A stretch of 64,000 nt of DNA from positions 2,249-66,248 of the forward strand of contig JAUYLL010000045.1 in NCBI GenBank assembly GCA_030698375.1, in the 5' to 3' direction. Positions 46,709 through 55,688 of this stretch are shown here, piece after piece; within the stretch, counting starts at the first letter, position 1; each line of letters starts with the position of its first letter. Source of the stretch: Nocardioides sp. Its GTDB lineage: Bacteria; Actinomycetota; Actinomycetes; Propionibacteriales; Nocardioidaceae. Under the pieces are notes generated by a model. The model was not told the DNA's origin, did no database searches, and saw nothing but the letters and a program-made list of their open reading frames with translations. Made by a program: the position numbers and the translations under genes.

Positions 46709-47578
46709 TTACCCGTGGGTCACCCCAGCTTGGTGCGGTGCCACGAGCAACGGCGCGTTCGAGCCGCGCAGCGCCTCAATGAGCACGAGCAGCAGGTCGC
46801 TGCGGACCTTCGGGGGCGCCGGGGCGAGGGCCAGCTGGAGGTGCAGGGACCGCAGGAACGCCTGGGCCTCGGCGGCCCCCTGGTAGGGGTCCTCGTCAAG
46901 GCTCCGCTGCACCGGTACGGCGCCCGCCGCGATCCGGTTCACCCACGGCTCGAGGACGTCGAGCCCGAGCAGGTCGCGGCGCAGCACCTGCATCGTCGCC
47001 TCGGCGAGACGGTCGACCTCGCCGCCGAGCAGCCGGGCCGGGCCCAGGTCGAGGAGGCGGTCGGCGACCACGTCCAGCACCACCGTGAGCTCGAGTCGCT
47101 CGAGGTGGCGGGACCGGGCGAGGGCGCCGAGCGCATCCGCCCCGTGGGCGACGGCGTGGACGAGGCCCTGGCCGGGGACGTGCGCACGCAGGTCCTGCTC
47201 CCGGGGCAGCCACGTCATCACCCGGTCGCCCCAGGTCAGCACCGGTGTGGGACCGAGCAGCGACTGCTCGGTGTCCCGGTCCACGCAGGCGGCGAGGACC
47301 AGGGCCGAGAGCGAACGGCGGAACACGCTGGGCGTCCCGGCCTCCCCGAGCCCGGTCTGCAGCCCGCTGGCGATCCCGTCCCCGAGGCCGAGCAGCAGGT
47401 CGTCGTACACGCCGCGCTCGAGCCAGGTGAGCAGCACGGGCAGCGCGACCTCGTGGCGCACCCGGGGGTCCGGCGAGCCGAGCATGCCGGTCAGCTCCGC
47501 GGTCAGCTCGTCGAGCGGACGGTCCGTGGGCACGGCGTGCTGCCGGGCGACCACCTCGCCCCAGTATCCCGAGATCAT
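46709..47578 (-). CDS. DUF2785-like hypothetical protein
   Basis: VFRRS.SAL and E.DLR....G..HAVAHGAD motifs. Confidence 0.75.
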   Translation of the reverse strand: MISGYWGEVVARQHAVPTDRPLDELTAELTGMLGSPDPRVRHEVALPVLLTWLERGVYDDLLLGLGDGIASGLQTGLGEAGTPSVFRRSLSALVLAACVDRDTEQSLLGPTPVLTWGDRVMTWLPREQDLRAHVPGQGLVHAVAHGADALGALARSRHLERLELTVVLDVVADRLLDLGPARLLGGEVDRLAEATMQVLRRDLLGLDVLEPWVNRIAAGAVPVQRSLDEDPYQGAAEAQAFLRSLHLQLALAPAPPKVRSDLLLVLIEALRGSNAPLLVAPHQAGVTHG

Positions 47579-47678
47579 GGGCCCCATCCTGCCACCGCCA
47601 CGGGGGTGCTCGATGCCCCCCGGGGGTTTGGCACGGACGCCCCGGGCCTGGGGGAGCCTGCCCTCGTAGGCTGGACGG

Positions 47679-49235
47679 GTGCCGTCCCTCAACGACCTCG
47701 TCCGGGCCCACACAGACCTGACGGCCGAGGACCTGGCGTGGCTGCACCTGCTGCTCGCCGACTGGCAGGTGATCGCCGACCTGTCGTTCGCCGATCTCGT
47801 GCTGTGGCTGCCCGACAGGGATGGCACCGGCTTCTGGGCGGGGGCGCAGATGCGGCCCACGACCGGCCCCACGGCGTACGTCGACGACCTGGTCGGTGGG
47901 TTCCTGGCCGCCGGAACACGGCCCCTCCTCGACGCGGCGTACCAGCAGGGCCGGATCGCGCGGGAGGGTGACCCCGAGTGGCGTGACGACGTACCCGTGC
48001 GGGTGGAGACGATCCCCGTGCGTCGCGGCGACCGGGTGCTCGCGGTCATCGGGCGCAACACCAACCTGCTCGGGGTGCGCACGCCCAGCCGCCTCGAGCT
48101 GTCGTACCTGCAGACCGCCAGCGAGCTGACCCAGATGATCAGCGCCGGCCGGTTCCCCCTGCCGGGCCAGCGCTCCGACCACGCCGACTCGCCGCGGGTG
48201 GGCGACGGCTTCCTGCGGATCGACGCCGACGGCAAGGTGGTCTACGCCAGCCCCAACGCGCAGTCGGTCTACCGGCGCCTCGGTCTCACCGGCGACCTCG
48301 CCGGTCACGGCCTCGCCGAGGTGACGCGGGCGCTGGTGCCGGCCCGGCACCGGGCCGACGAGGAGTCCGTCTCGGCGGTCCTCGGGGGCCGGTTGGCCCG
48401 GGAGACCGAGCTCGGCAGCGAGGACGTCGTGGTCATCCTGCGCTCAATCCCGCTCTCGCCGACCGGGACGCACAGCGGTGCGCTGGTGCTGCTGCGGGAC
48501 GTCTCGGACCTGCGCCGCCGCGACCGCGAGCTCGTGACCAAGGAGGCGACCATCCGGGAGATCCACCACCGGGTGAAGAACAACCTGCAGACGGTCGCCG
48601 CACTGCTGCGGCTGCAGGCCCGCCGCATCACCTTTCCGGAGGGGCGCCAGGCGCTGGAGGAGGCGGTACGGCGGGTGGGCTCGATCGCGATCGTCCACGA
48701 GACCCTGAGCCAGGCCTTCGACGAGAACGTCGCCTTCGACGAGGTCGCCGACCGGGTGTGCCGGATGGTGGGGGAGATCGGCACGCGCGGCGCGGTGGTG
48801 ACCACGCGGCGCACCGGGAGCTTCGGCATCCTGCCCGCCGAGGTGGCCACCCCGCTGGCGATGGTGCTGACCGAGATCCTGCAGAACGCCGCCGAGCACG
48901 GCTTCGGCGAGAGCGGGGAGGGGTCGATCGTGCTCCATGCTCAGCGCGACGACGGGGGCGGGGGCGGGTGTCACGACGTACGGGTCGACGCCGAGGGGGG
49001 CGACGACGAGGCTGGTGCCGATCAGAGGGGCGAGCTCCGGGTGGTCGTCACGGACGACGGCCGTGGCCTGCCCGCCGGGTTCGACCCGGACTCCTCGACC
49101 AGCCTGGGGCTCTCGATCGTGCGCACCCTGGTGGAGTCCGAGCTCGGCGGGGACCTGCGCTTCGAGCGCGGGCATCCGACGGGGACGCGGGTCACGCTCG
49201 TCCTCCGCCTCGCGGAGCTGCCACGGCGCGCCTGA
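47679..49235 (+). CDS. pdtaS: Soluble sensor histidine kinase PdtaS
   Basis: ADLSFADL, EIHHRVKNNLQ, QNAAEH, DDGRG and LGL.IV motifs; convergent with whiB1. Confidence 0.88.
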   Translation: MPSLNDLVRAHTDLTAEDLAWLHLLLADWQVIADLSFADLVLWLPDRDGTGFWAGAQMRPTTGPTAYVDDLVGGFLAAGTRPLLDAAYQQGRIAREGDPEWRDDVPVRVETIPVRRGDRVLAVIGRNTNLLGVRTPSRLELSYLQTASELTQMISAGRFPLPGQRSDHADSPRVGDGFLRIDADGKVVYASPNAQSVYRRLGLTGDLAGHGLAEVTRALVPARHRADEESVSAVLGGRLARETELGSEDVVVILRSIPLSPTGTHSGALVLLRDVSDLRRRDRELVTKEATIREIHHRVKNNLQTVAALLRLQARRITFPEGRQALEEAVRRVGSIAIVHETLSQAFDENVAFDEVADRVCRMVGEIGTRGAVVTTRRTGSFGILPAEVATPLAMVLTEILQNAAEHGFGESGEGSIVLHAQRDDGGGGGCHDVRVDAEGGDDEAGADQRGELRVVVTDDGRGLPAGFDPDSSTSLGLSIVRTLVESELGGDLRFERGHPTGTRVTLVLRLAELPRRA

Positions 49236-49246
49236 GCCGACCGGCA

Positions 49247-49291
49247 GCTCACGCGGTCGGGAGGCTCAGGCGGTCGGGAGGCTCAGGCGGT
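49247..49291 (-). repeat. 17-bp tandem repeat (about 2.6 copies) at the whiB1 3' end
   Basis: GCTCACGCGGTCGGGAG / GCTCAGGCGGTCGGGAG / GCTCAGGCGGT. Confidence 0.85.
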
Positions 49292-49534
49292 GCGGATGCG
49301 GGCGCGGGCGTTGCGACGCTTGAGAGCGCGTCGCTCGTCCTCGCTGAGGCCGCCCCAGACGCCGTGGTCCTGCCCCGCCTCGAGCGCCCACGCGAGGCAC
49401 TGCTCGCGCACGTCGCAGCGACGGCACACCTTCTTGGCCTCCTCGATCTGGAGGATGGCCGGACCGGTGTTGCCGATCGGGAAGAACAGCTCCGGGTCCT
49501 CTTCGAGGCACGCAGAGCGGTGGCGCCAATCCAT
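49283..49534 (-). CDS. whiB1: WhiB1/WblE Fe-S transcription factor
   Basis: MDWRHRSAC..EDPELFFP, CRRC, C and GVWGG. Confidence 0.93.
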   Translation of the reverse strand: MDWRHRSACLEEDPELFFPIGNTGPAILQIEEAKKVCRRCDVREQCLAWALEAGQDHGVWGGLSEDERRALKRRNARARIRTA

Positions 49535-49739
49535 GGCGGGGGACTCCTCATTCTCGGGTGCTGGCCGCTGGCGGATGGCCGCGGACCGCGCGGACCAGCG
49601 GACGAGGCCCGTCCACCGGGTCCCCGGCCGTCCCGGCCCGGTGGGGCCGCGGCGACGCGGGGGATTCAGCCCGACCCGAGGTCGGACGCACGACACGACC
49701 ACGGCGAGGCGGGATCTCGCGTCGACCGTGGACTGACTG

Positions 49740-49796
49740 AGCATGGCAAGAGAAGTGGCGGGGCACAACCCTCCACGCCACGTCGCCTTCGTCACA
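49740..49796 (-). promoter_or_regulatory. Candidate whiB1 promoter TTGTGC-N17-CATGCT with upstream CRP-like half site TGTGA
   Basis: Spacing fits; second CRP half site is poor. Confidence 0.35.
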
Positions 49797-49856
49797 ACGG
49801 CCCCACCAGGAGGTCCGGGAGCGACCCTCCGAGCTGGGCATCAGTAGGGTCGAGCC

Positions 49857-50291
49857 GTGTCCCGCTCCCCTGCCTCGCCCCCGCCCTCCGGCCCTCCCGA
49901 GGGTGACCCGACCGGGCGGCCCGCGATCCCCGGAACGCTCTGGCTGGCCGCAGCCCTGGTGGCGGTCGAGGGCTTGGCCCTGGTCGTCCTCGGGGTCGCC
50001 GAGCTCTTCGCCGTGACCGGCGACCGGGCGCTCATGGGGGTGACCACGAGCGTGTTCTTCCTCGGGTTCGGCGGGGGCCTGGTGGCGTGCGCGTGGGGGA
50101 TGACCCGCCCCTGGACGTGGGTGCGGGGCCCGGTGGTGCTCGCGCAGCTCATCCAGCTGGGCGTGGCGTGGAGCTTCCGGGGTGGGGACACCGCGGGCGT
50201 CTCGGTGGCGCTGACGGTGTCGGCGCTGGTGGTGCTGGTCCTGGTGCTGCTCCCGTCATCGACGGCAGTGCTGCTCGACGACGAGGAGTGA
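49857..50291 (+). CDS. Small integral membrane protein
   Basis: Four hydrophobic segments; TAGGGT -10, leaderless. Confidence 0.75.
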   Translation: MSRSPASPPPSGPPEGDPTGRPAIPGTLWLAAALVAVEGLALVVLGVAELFAVTGDRALMGVTTSVFFLGFGGGLVACAWGMTRPWTWVRGPVVLAQLIQLGVAWSFRGGDTAGVSVALTVSALVVLVLVLLPSSTAVLLDDEE

Positions 50292-50316
50292 GGCCCGACG
50301 CCCAGGCGGCGTCGCC

Positions 50317-51117
50317 TCAGGCAGGGGCCTCGTCCATGACCTCGCGCATCGTGCGCAGGGACCGGCTGAGCAGCCGGGAGACGTGCATCTGGGAGACGCC
50401 CACGTCGCCGGCGATCTGGCTCTGGGTCATGCCGGCGAAGAACCGGAGCATGACGATGCGGCGCTCACGCGGCTCGAGGCGGTCCAGCAGCGGCTCGAGG
50501 GAGGCGCGGATCTCCACGTTGGCCAGGGCCTCGTCGTCGGCGCCGAGCGAGTCGGCGAGGGTGAGGGACCCTTCCTCGCCCGGGGCGTCGGGACGGTCCA
50601 GCGACAAGGTCTGGTAGGCGTTGCCGGACTCGATGCCCTCGATCACCTCGTCGACGGTGCACTCGAGGCGGACGGCCAGCTCGGAGGGCGTGGGGGAGCG
50701 TCCCAGCTCCTGGGCCATCTCGGCGGTCACGGCGCTGATCTGCTGGCGCAGTTCCTGGAGTCGGCGGGGCACCCGGATCGCCCAGCCCTTGTCCCGGAAG
50801 TGTCGTTTGATCTCACCGACGATGGTGGGGGTCGCATAGGTGGAGAACTCCACCCCACGGCCGGTGTCGAACCGGTCGACGGCCTTGAGCAGCCCGATGG
50901 TGCCGACCTGGACGAGGTCCTCGAGCGGCTCTCCCCGGTTGCGGAAGCGCCGTGCGCAGTGGTGCACGAGTGGCAGGTGCAGCTCGATGAGACGGTCCCG
51001 CACGCTCGCGTGCTCGGGGCTGCCCTGCTCGGCCTCCGCCATCCGTGCGAAGAGCGAGCGGGTGACCGTCCGCGTGTCCTGCGGCGGGTCGGCCGTGAGC
51101 AGGTCGTCGCCGTCCAT
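50317..51117 (-). CDS. SigB/SigF family sigma factor
   Basis: DLVQVGTIGLLKAVDRFD, GEIKRHFRD and SQMHVSR motifs. Confidence 0.92.
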   Translation of the reverse strand: MDGDDLLTADPPQDTRTVTRSLFARMAEAEQGSPEHASVRDRLIELHLPLVHHCARRFRNRGEPLEDLVQVGTIGLLKAVDRFDTGRGVEFSTYATPTIVGEIKRHFRDKGWAIRVPRRLQELRQQISAVTAEMAQELGRSPTPSELAVRLECTVDEVIEGIESGNAYQTLSLDRPDAPGEEGSLTLADSLGADDEALANVEIRASLEPLLDRLEPRERRIVMLRFFAGMTQSQIAGDVGVSQMHVSRLLSRSLRTMREVMDEAPA

Positions 51118-51125
51118 CAGGCCGC

Positions 51126-51569
51126 TCAGCTGCCCACCGAGGCGCCGAGCACCCCTCCGGACGGGGCCGTCGAGGTCGAGGCTGCGGTGAGCTCGAGAGT
51201 CAGGCGGTCCTCGGCTGCCTCGGCGTGCACCGACGAGGTCAGGGCGGCGAGCACCTGCCAGGAGAAGCTGTCGCGGTCCGGCTCGTGCGGCGACGTGCAG
51301 TCCGCGGAAAGGGTCACCACCATGGTGTCCGCGCGCAGGGCGAAGCCACACTCGAGGTGGCTGCCCGGCGTCGCCTGGGTCAGCAGCATCGAGGTGGCCT
51401 CGTCGACCGCGGTGCGGATGTCCTCGATGTCGTCGAGCGGGAAGTCGAGGCGGGCTGCCAGGCCCGCCGCGGCGGTGCGGAGGACCAGCACGTACGCGCT
51501 GTCAGCCGGGAGCCGCAGCTCGACGTCCGCGCGCTGGCCGACGTCGCCGGCGTGGTTCTGCGCGTTCAA
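51126..51569 (-). CDS. Anti-sigma factor (RsbW/UsfX-like)
   Basis: LPADSAY..VLRT, IED.R.AVDEA; TTG start after GGAGGA. Confidence 0.82.
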   Translation of the reverse strand: MNAQNHAGDVGQRADVELRLPADSAYVLVLRTAAAGLAARLDFPLDDIEDIRTAVDEATSMLLTQATPGSHLECGFALRADTMVVTLSADCTSPHEPDRDSFSWQVLAALTSSVHAEAAEDRLTLELTAASTSTAPSGGVLGASVGS

Positions 51570-51594
51570 TGTGGTCCTCCTCCGCCGTCGGTCC

Positions 51595-51996
51595 TCAGGC
51601 CTTCTTCGTCTCCCAGAAGATCTCCGCGATCTCGTCGATCTTGGCGAGCAGCTGGTCGGCGGCCTCGGCATCCATCGTGCCCTTGGTCCCGCCTGCGCCG
51701 GCGAGCTTGGTGGCCTCGTTGACCAGCGTGTGCAGCTGGGGGTACTTCTCGAAGTGCGGCGGCTTGAAGTAGTCGGTCCACAGCACCCACAGATGGTGCT
51801 TCACGAGCTCCGAGCGCTGCTCCTTGATGAGCACCGCACGGGTGCGGAAGTCGGGGTCGTCGTTGTCGGCCAGCTTGGCGATGAGCGCCTTGACCGACTC
51901 GGCCTCGACGCGCGCCTGGGCGGGGTCGTACACGCCGCAGGGCAGGTCGCAGTGCGCCTGGGCCTCGAGGGTGGGGGCAAAGAGTCGCTGGAACAT
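51595..51996 (-). CDS. sodN: Nickel superoxide dismutase
   Basis: Ni-hook HCDLPCGVYDP after a 14-aa propeptide. Confidence 0.96.
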   Translation of the reverse strand: MFQRLFAPTLEAQAHCDLPCGVYDPAQARVEAESVKALIAKLADNDDPDFRTRAVLIKEQRSELVKHHLWVLWTDYFKPPHFEKYPQLHTLVNEATKLAGAGGTKGTMDAEAADQLLAKIDEIAEIFWETKKA

Positions 51997-52191
51997 GAAG
52001 GTCCTCTCTCGTCGTGCACAGCCCGCTGGCTGTCGTCGGTGGGCCCTGCTGCCGCGGGGGACGCTGGCGCCCCCCGAGGCTTCTGCTGGGACACTACTCC
52101 GGGCGGGCGTGACCCTGCAGGCGGGTCCTGCAGATTGCAGCAGGTCCGCGGACGGTTGCGGGATGGGAATGGTCGGGAAGGTCGTACGAGC

Positions 52192-52569
52192 ATGGAGGTA
52201 CCCAGCGGGAGCCCTGATACTCCGGGACCGGGTGGTCCGGTCCGCCCCGCGCGCCCGCAGGGACGGTGGGGAGTGGCGGTCGTCCGCGGTCGTTCGATGC
52301 GACCGACGCTCGCCGACGGCGACCGCGTGCTCGTCCGGTACGCCGGCCAGCCCCGCCCAGGGCGGGTCTTGCTCGTCCTGCTGCCCGACGGTGTCCTCGC
52401 GGTCAAGCGCGCGGTGGGCCGGGTCGACGGGGGCTGGTGGGTGGCCCGCGACAACCCGTACGAAGGGGTCGACTCCGCACAGGTGGGCGCCGTGCCGGTG
52501 GCTGACGTGTGTGGGGTGGTGGCCGCGCGGCTCTCGCCGCGGCCTCGCTGGCTGCGGCGTCGACGCTGA
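52192..52569 (+). CDS. sodX: NiSOD maturation peptidase (S26-like)
   Basis: GRSMRPTL..GD, VKR and DNP..G.DS motifs; divergent from sodN. Confidence 0.82.
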   Translation: MEVPSGSPDTPGPGGPVRPARPQGRWGVAVVRGRSMRPTLADGDRVLVRYAGQPRPGRVLLVLLPDGVLAVKRAVGRVDGGWWVARDNPYEGVDSAQVGAVPVADVCGVVAARLSPRPRWLRRRR

Positions 52570-52798
52570 CGTCCCTACCCGTCGACGCGGGCCGTCCGCG
52601 ACGTCTCCGTCGACCTGTCCACCGGGCTGGCACCTGCCCGGTGGGCTGCCGTCTGTGTGACAAACTGGAGGCTGGGTGACCCCCTGCGACGCGGGAACCC
52701 GGCCCACCGGCCCCGACCGCCCGCGTCCGTCGAAACTCCTTCGCCTGCGGGACCTCTGCGACGCGGTCCTGCGTGCCCGTCCACGTCGAAAGTGCTCC

Positions 52799-54007
52799 AT
52801 GTCTGCTCCTGAGACCGTGACCAGTCCCGCTGCCTCGCCGACCGCCGTGTCGCCCGAGGACCCCGTCTTCGCCCTGCACGCGGGCGGAAAGATGGAGACC
52901 GTCTCCACGGTGGCCGTCACCGGTCCGGCGGAGCTGTCGCTGGCCTACACACCCGGTGTCGCTCGGGTGTGCGAGGCAATCGCGGCCGACCCGGAGCTGG
53001 TCAAGGACTACACCTGGGTCTCGAACACGGTCGCCATCGTCACCGACGGCACGGCCGTCCTCGGCCTGGGGGACATCGGCCCCGCGGCCGCGATGCCGGT
53101 GATGGAGGGCAAGGCCGTGCTCTTCAAGCAGTTCGGTGGCGTCGACGGCGTCCCGATCTGCCTCGACACCACCGACACCGACGAGATCGTCGAGACCGTC
53201 GTCCGGTTGGCGCCCAGCTTCGGCGGCATCAACCTCGAGGACATCTCCGCGCCGCGCTGCTTCGAGATCGAGGAGCGTCTGAAGGCGCGACTCTCGATCC
53301 CCGTCTTCCACGACGACCAGCACGGCACCGCCGTGGTGGCGCTGGCCGCGCTCGAGAACGCCCTGAAGCTGACCGGCCGTCAACCCAACTCCACCCGCGT
53401 CGTGATCTCCGGTGCCGGGGCAGCCGGCGTGGCGGTCGCGCGCATCCTCCTCGCCGCTGGCATCCGCGACCTGGCCGTCGTCGACCGGCAGGGGGTCCTC
53501 AGCTCGACCCGCTCCGACCTCACCCCGGTCAAGAGCGACCTGGCGCGCGACACCGCCGACGTCACCGGGCGCACGGGCACCCTGGCGGAGGTCATGGTCG
53601 GCGCCGACGTCTTCATCGGGGTCTCCGGCGGCACGGTGCCAGAGGAGGTCGTGGCCACGATGGCCCCGGACGCGATCATCTTCGGACTGGCCAACCCCCA
53701 TCCCGAGGTGCACCCGGACGTCGCCCGCAAGCACGCGCGGGTCGTGGCCACCGGTCGCTCGGACTTCCCGAACCAGATCAACAACGTCCTCGCCTTCCCC
53801 GGCATCTTCCGCGGGGCCTTCGACGTACGGGCGTCCGCGATCACCGAGGGCATGAAGCTGGCGGCCGCGGACGCGCTGGCCGACCTCGTGGGTGACGACC
53901 TCAGCGAGGACTTCATCGTGGTCTCGCCCTTCGACCCGAGGGTCGGTCCGGCGGTCGCCAAGGCGGTCGCCGAGGCGGCACGGCGCGACGGGGTCGCGAC
54001 GCGCTGA
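52799..54007 (+). CDS. NAD(P)-dependent malic enzyme
   Basis: AYTPGV, MEGK, NLEDI, FHDDQHGTA and NQINN motifs. Confidence 0.92.
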   Translation: MSAPETVTSPAASPTAVSPEDPVFALHAGGKMETVSTVAVTGPAELSLAYTPGVARVCEAIAADPELVKDYTWVSNTVAIVTDGTAVLGLGDIGPAAAMPVMEGKAVLFKQFGGVDGVPICLDTTDTDEIVETVVRLAPSFGGINLEDISAPRCFEIEERLKARLSIPVFHDDQHGTAVVALAALENALKLTGRQPNSTRVVISGAGAAGVAVARILLAAGIRDLAVVDRQGVLSSTRSDLTPVKSDLARDTADVTGRTGTLAEVMVGADVFIGVSGGTVPEEVVATMAPDAIIFGLANPHPEVHPDVARKHARVVATGRSDFPNQINNVLAFPGIFRGAFDVRASAITEGMKLAAADALADLVGDDLSEDFIVVSPFDPRVGPAVAKAVAEAARRDGVATR

Positions 54008-54030
54008 CCCGCCTCAGTAGGGTCGGAGGC

Positions 54031-54999
54031 ATGTTCTCCGTCTACGCCGAGTCCTTCTCCTCCGACGACCCGCTGTCCGGCCTCGTGGTCGGGGAGCTGC
54101 CGGAGCCGGACCTGCCCGACGGCTGGGTGCGGGTGCGGGTCCGTGCCGCGTCGCTCAACCACCACGACCTGTGGTCGCTGCGCGGGGTGGGGCTGCGCGA
54201 GGAGGCGTTGCCCATGGTGCTCGGCTGCGACGCCGCCGGCGTCGACGAGGAGGGCAACGAGGTCGTCGTGCACGCGGTCGTGAGCTCCCCCGAGTGGGCC
54301 GGTGACGAGACGCTCGACCCCTCCCGTTCGCTGCTCAGCGAGAAGCACCCCGGCACCTTCGCCGACACGGTGATGGTCCCCCGGCGCAACGTCGTGCCGA
54401 AGCCGGCGTCGTTGTCGTTCGAGGAGGCGGCGTGCCTGCCGACCGCGTGGCTCACCGCCTACCGGATGCTGTTCACGCAAGGCGGCCTCAAGGCCGGTGA
54501 CAGCGTGCTCGTGCAGGGCGCGGGCGGCGGTGTCGCCACCGCGCTCATCACGCTCGGTCGCGCGGCGGGGCTGCGGGTGCTCGCCACCAGCCGCGATGAG
54601 GCCAAGCGGGCCCGCGCCCTGGAGATCGGCGCCCACGAGGTCTTCGAGTCCGGGGCCCGGTTGCCGAGGAAGGTCGACGCGGTCATGGAGACGGTGGGGC
54701 GCGCGACCTGGTCGCACTCGGTGCGTTCCCTGCGCCCCGGCGGCGCCATCGTCATCTCCGGCACCACGTCGGGACCCCAGCTCGACGACGCCGAGCTGAC
54801 CCGGATCTTCTTCCTGCAGCTGCGGGTGCAGGGCTCCACCATGGGCACTCGCGCCGAGCTCGCGTCGCTGGTCTCCCTCCTCGACGCGACCGGCACCCGC
54901 CCGCTGATCGACCGGGCCCTGCCGATGACCGAGGCGCGCGAGGGCTTCGCCGCGATGGCCTCCGGCGACGTCTTCGGCAAGATCGTGTTCACCCGGTGA
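54031..54999 (+). CDS. Zinc-binding/MDR family dehydrogenase
   Basis: SLNHHD, LGCD, QGAGGGV and GKIV motifs. Confidence 0.88.
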   Translation: MFSVYAESFSSDDPLSGLVVGELPEPDLPDGWVRVRVRAASLNHHDLWSLRGVGLREEALPMVLGCDAAGVDEEGNEVVVHAVVSSPEWAGDETLDPSRSLLSEKHPGTFADTVMVPRRNVVPKPASLSFEEAACLPTAWLTAYRMLFTQGGLKAGDSVLVQGAGGGVATALITLGRAAGLRVLATSRDEAKRARALEIGAHEVFESGARLPRKVDAVMETVGRATWSHSVRSLRPGGAIVISGTTSGPQLDDAELTRIFFLQLRVQGSTMGTRAELASLVSLLDATGTRPLIDRALPMTEAREGFAAMASGDVFGKIVFTR

Positions 55000-55688
55000 A
55001 GGCCGCGACCCACCTGGTCACCGGCGCGGGCTCCGGTATCGGCGCAGCCGTCGCACGGCTGCTGGACGCGCGCGGCGACCACCTCCTCCTCGTCGCGCGC
55101 AACGAGGCACGGGCCGCCGTCCTCGCCGAGGCGTTCCCTCGGGCCGAGGTCCTCGTGGCCGACCTCGCCGACGCCGACGGCCTCGCGGCCGCGCTCGTGG
55201 ACCGGCTGCCCGACCGGCTCGACTCGGTGGTGCACTCCGCCGGGGTGGTCGAGCTCGGCCCCGTCGCCGAGCAGGACGTGAGCACCTGGCGACACACCCT
55301 CGAGGTGAACCTGGTGGCGCCGGCGGAGCTCACCCGCCTCGCCCTGCCCGCACTGCGCGCCGCGCGCGGCCACGTGGTGCTGGTGAACTCCGGAGCCGGG
55401 CACGTCGCGGCACCCGACTGGGCGTCGTACGCGGCGTCGAAGCATGGTCTGCGGGCGCTCGCGGACTCGTTGCGTGCGGAGGAGCAGGAGCACGGGGTGC
55501 GGGTGATCAGCGTCCACCCCGGCCGGACGGCCACCCCCATGCAGCAGAAGGTGCACGCCCAAGAGGGCAAGGAGTACGACCCCTCGGCCTGGACGTCGCC
55601 GGAGGCGGTCGCGACGACCGTGCTGCACGCCCTGGACCTGCCCCGCGACGCCGCCCTCACCGAGGTGCGGATCCGCCCGGGCGGATGA
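54996..55688 (+). CDS. SDR oxidoreductase
   Basis: TGAGSGIG and YAASK motifs. Confidence 0.88.
   Translation: MKAATHLVTGAGSGIGAAVARLLDARGDHLLLVARNEARAAVLAEAFPRAEVLVADLADADGLAAALVDRLPDRLDSVVHSAGVVELGPVAEQDVSTWRHTLEVNLVAPAELTRLALPALRAARGHVVLVNSGAGHVAAPDWASYAASKHGLRALADSLRAEEQEHGVRVISVHPGRTATPMQQKVHAQEGKEYDPSAWTSPEAVATTVLHALDLPRDAALTEVRIRPGG

Noticed and set aside
49247-49291. CRISPR-like array
   Set aside because: Repeats are contiguous with no spacers, and there are no cas genes.
11710-54031. Frequent TANNNT boxes 5-8 nt before start codons (leaderless genes)
   Set aside because: Real, but an ordinary feature of Actinobacteria; used only to choose start codons.
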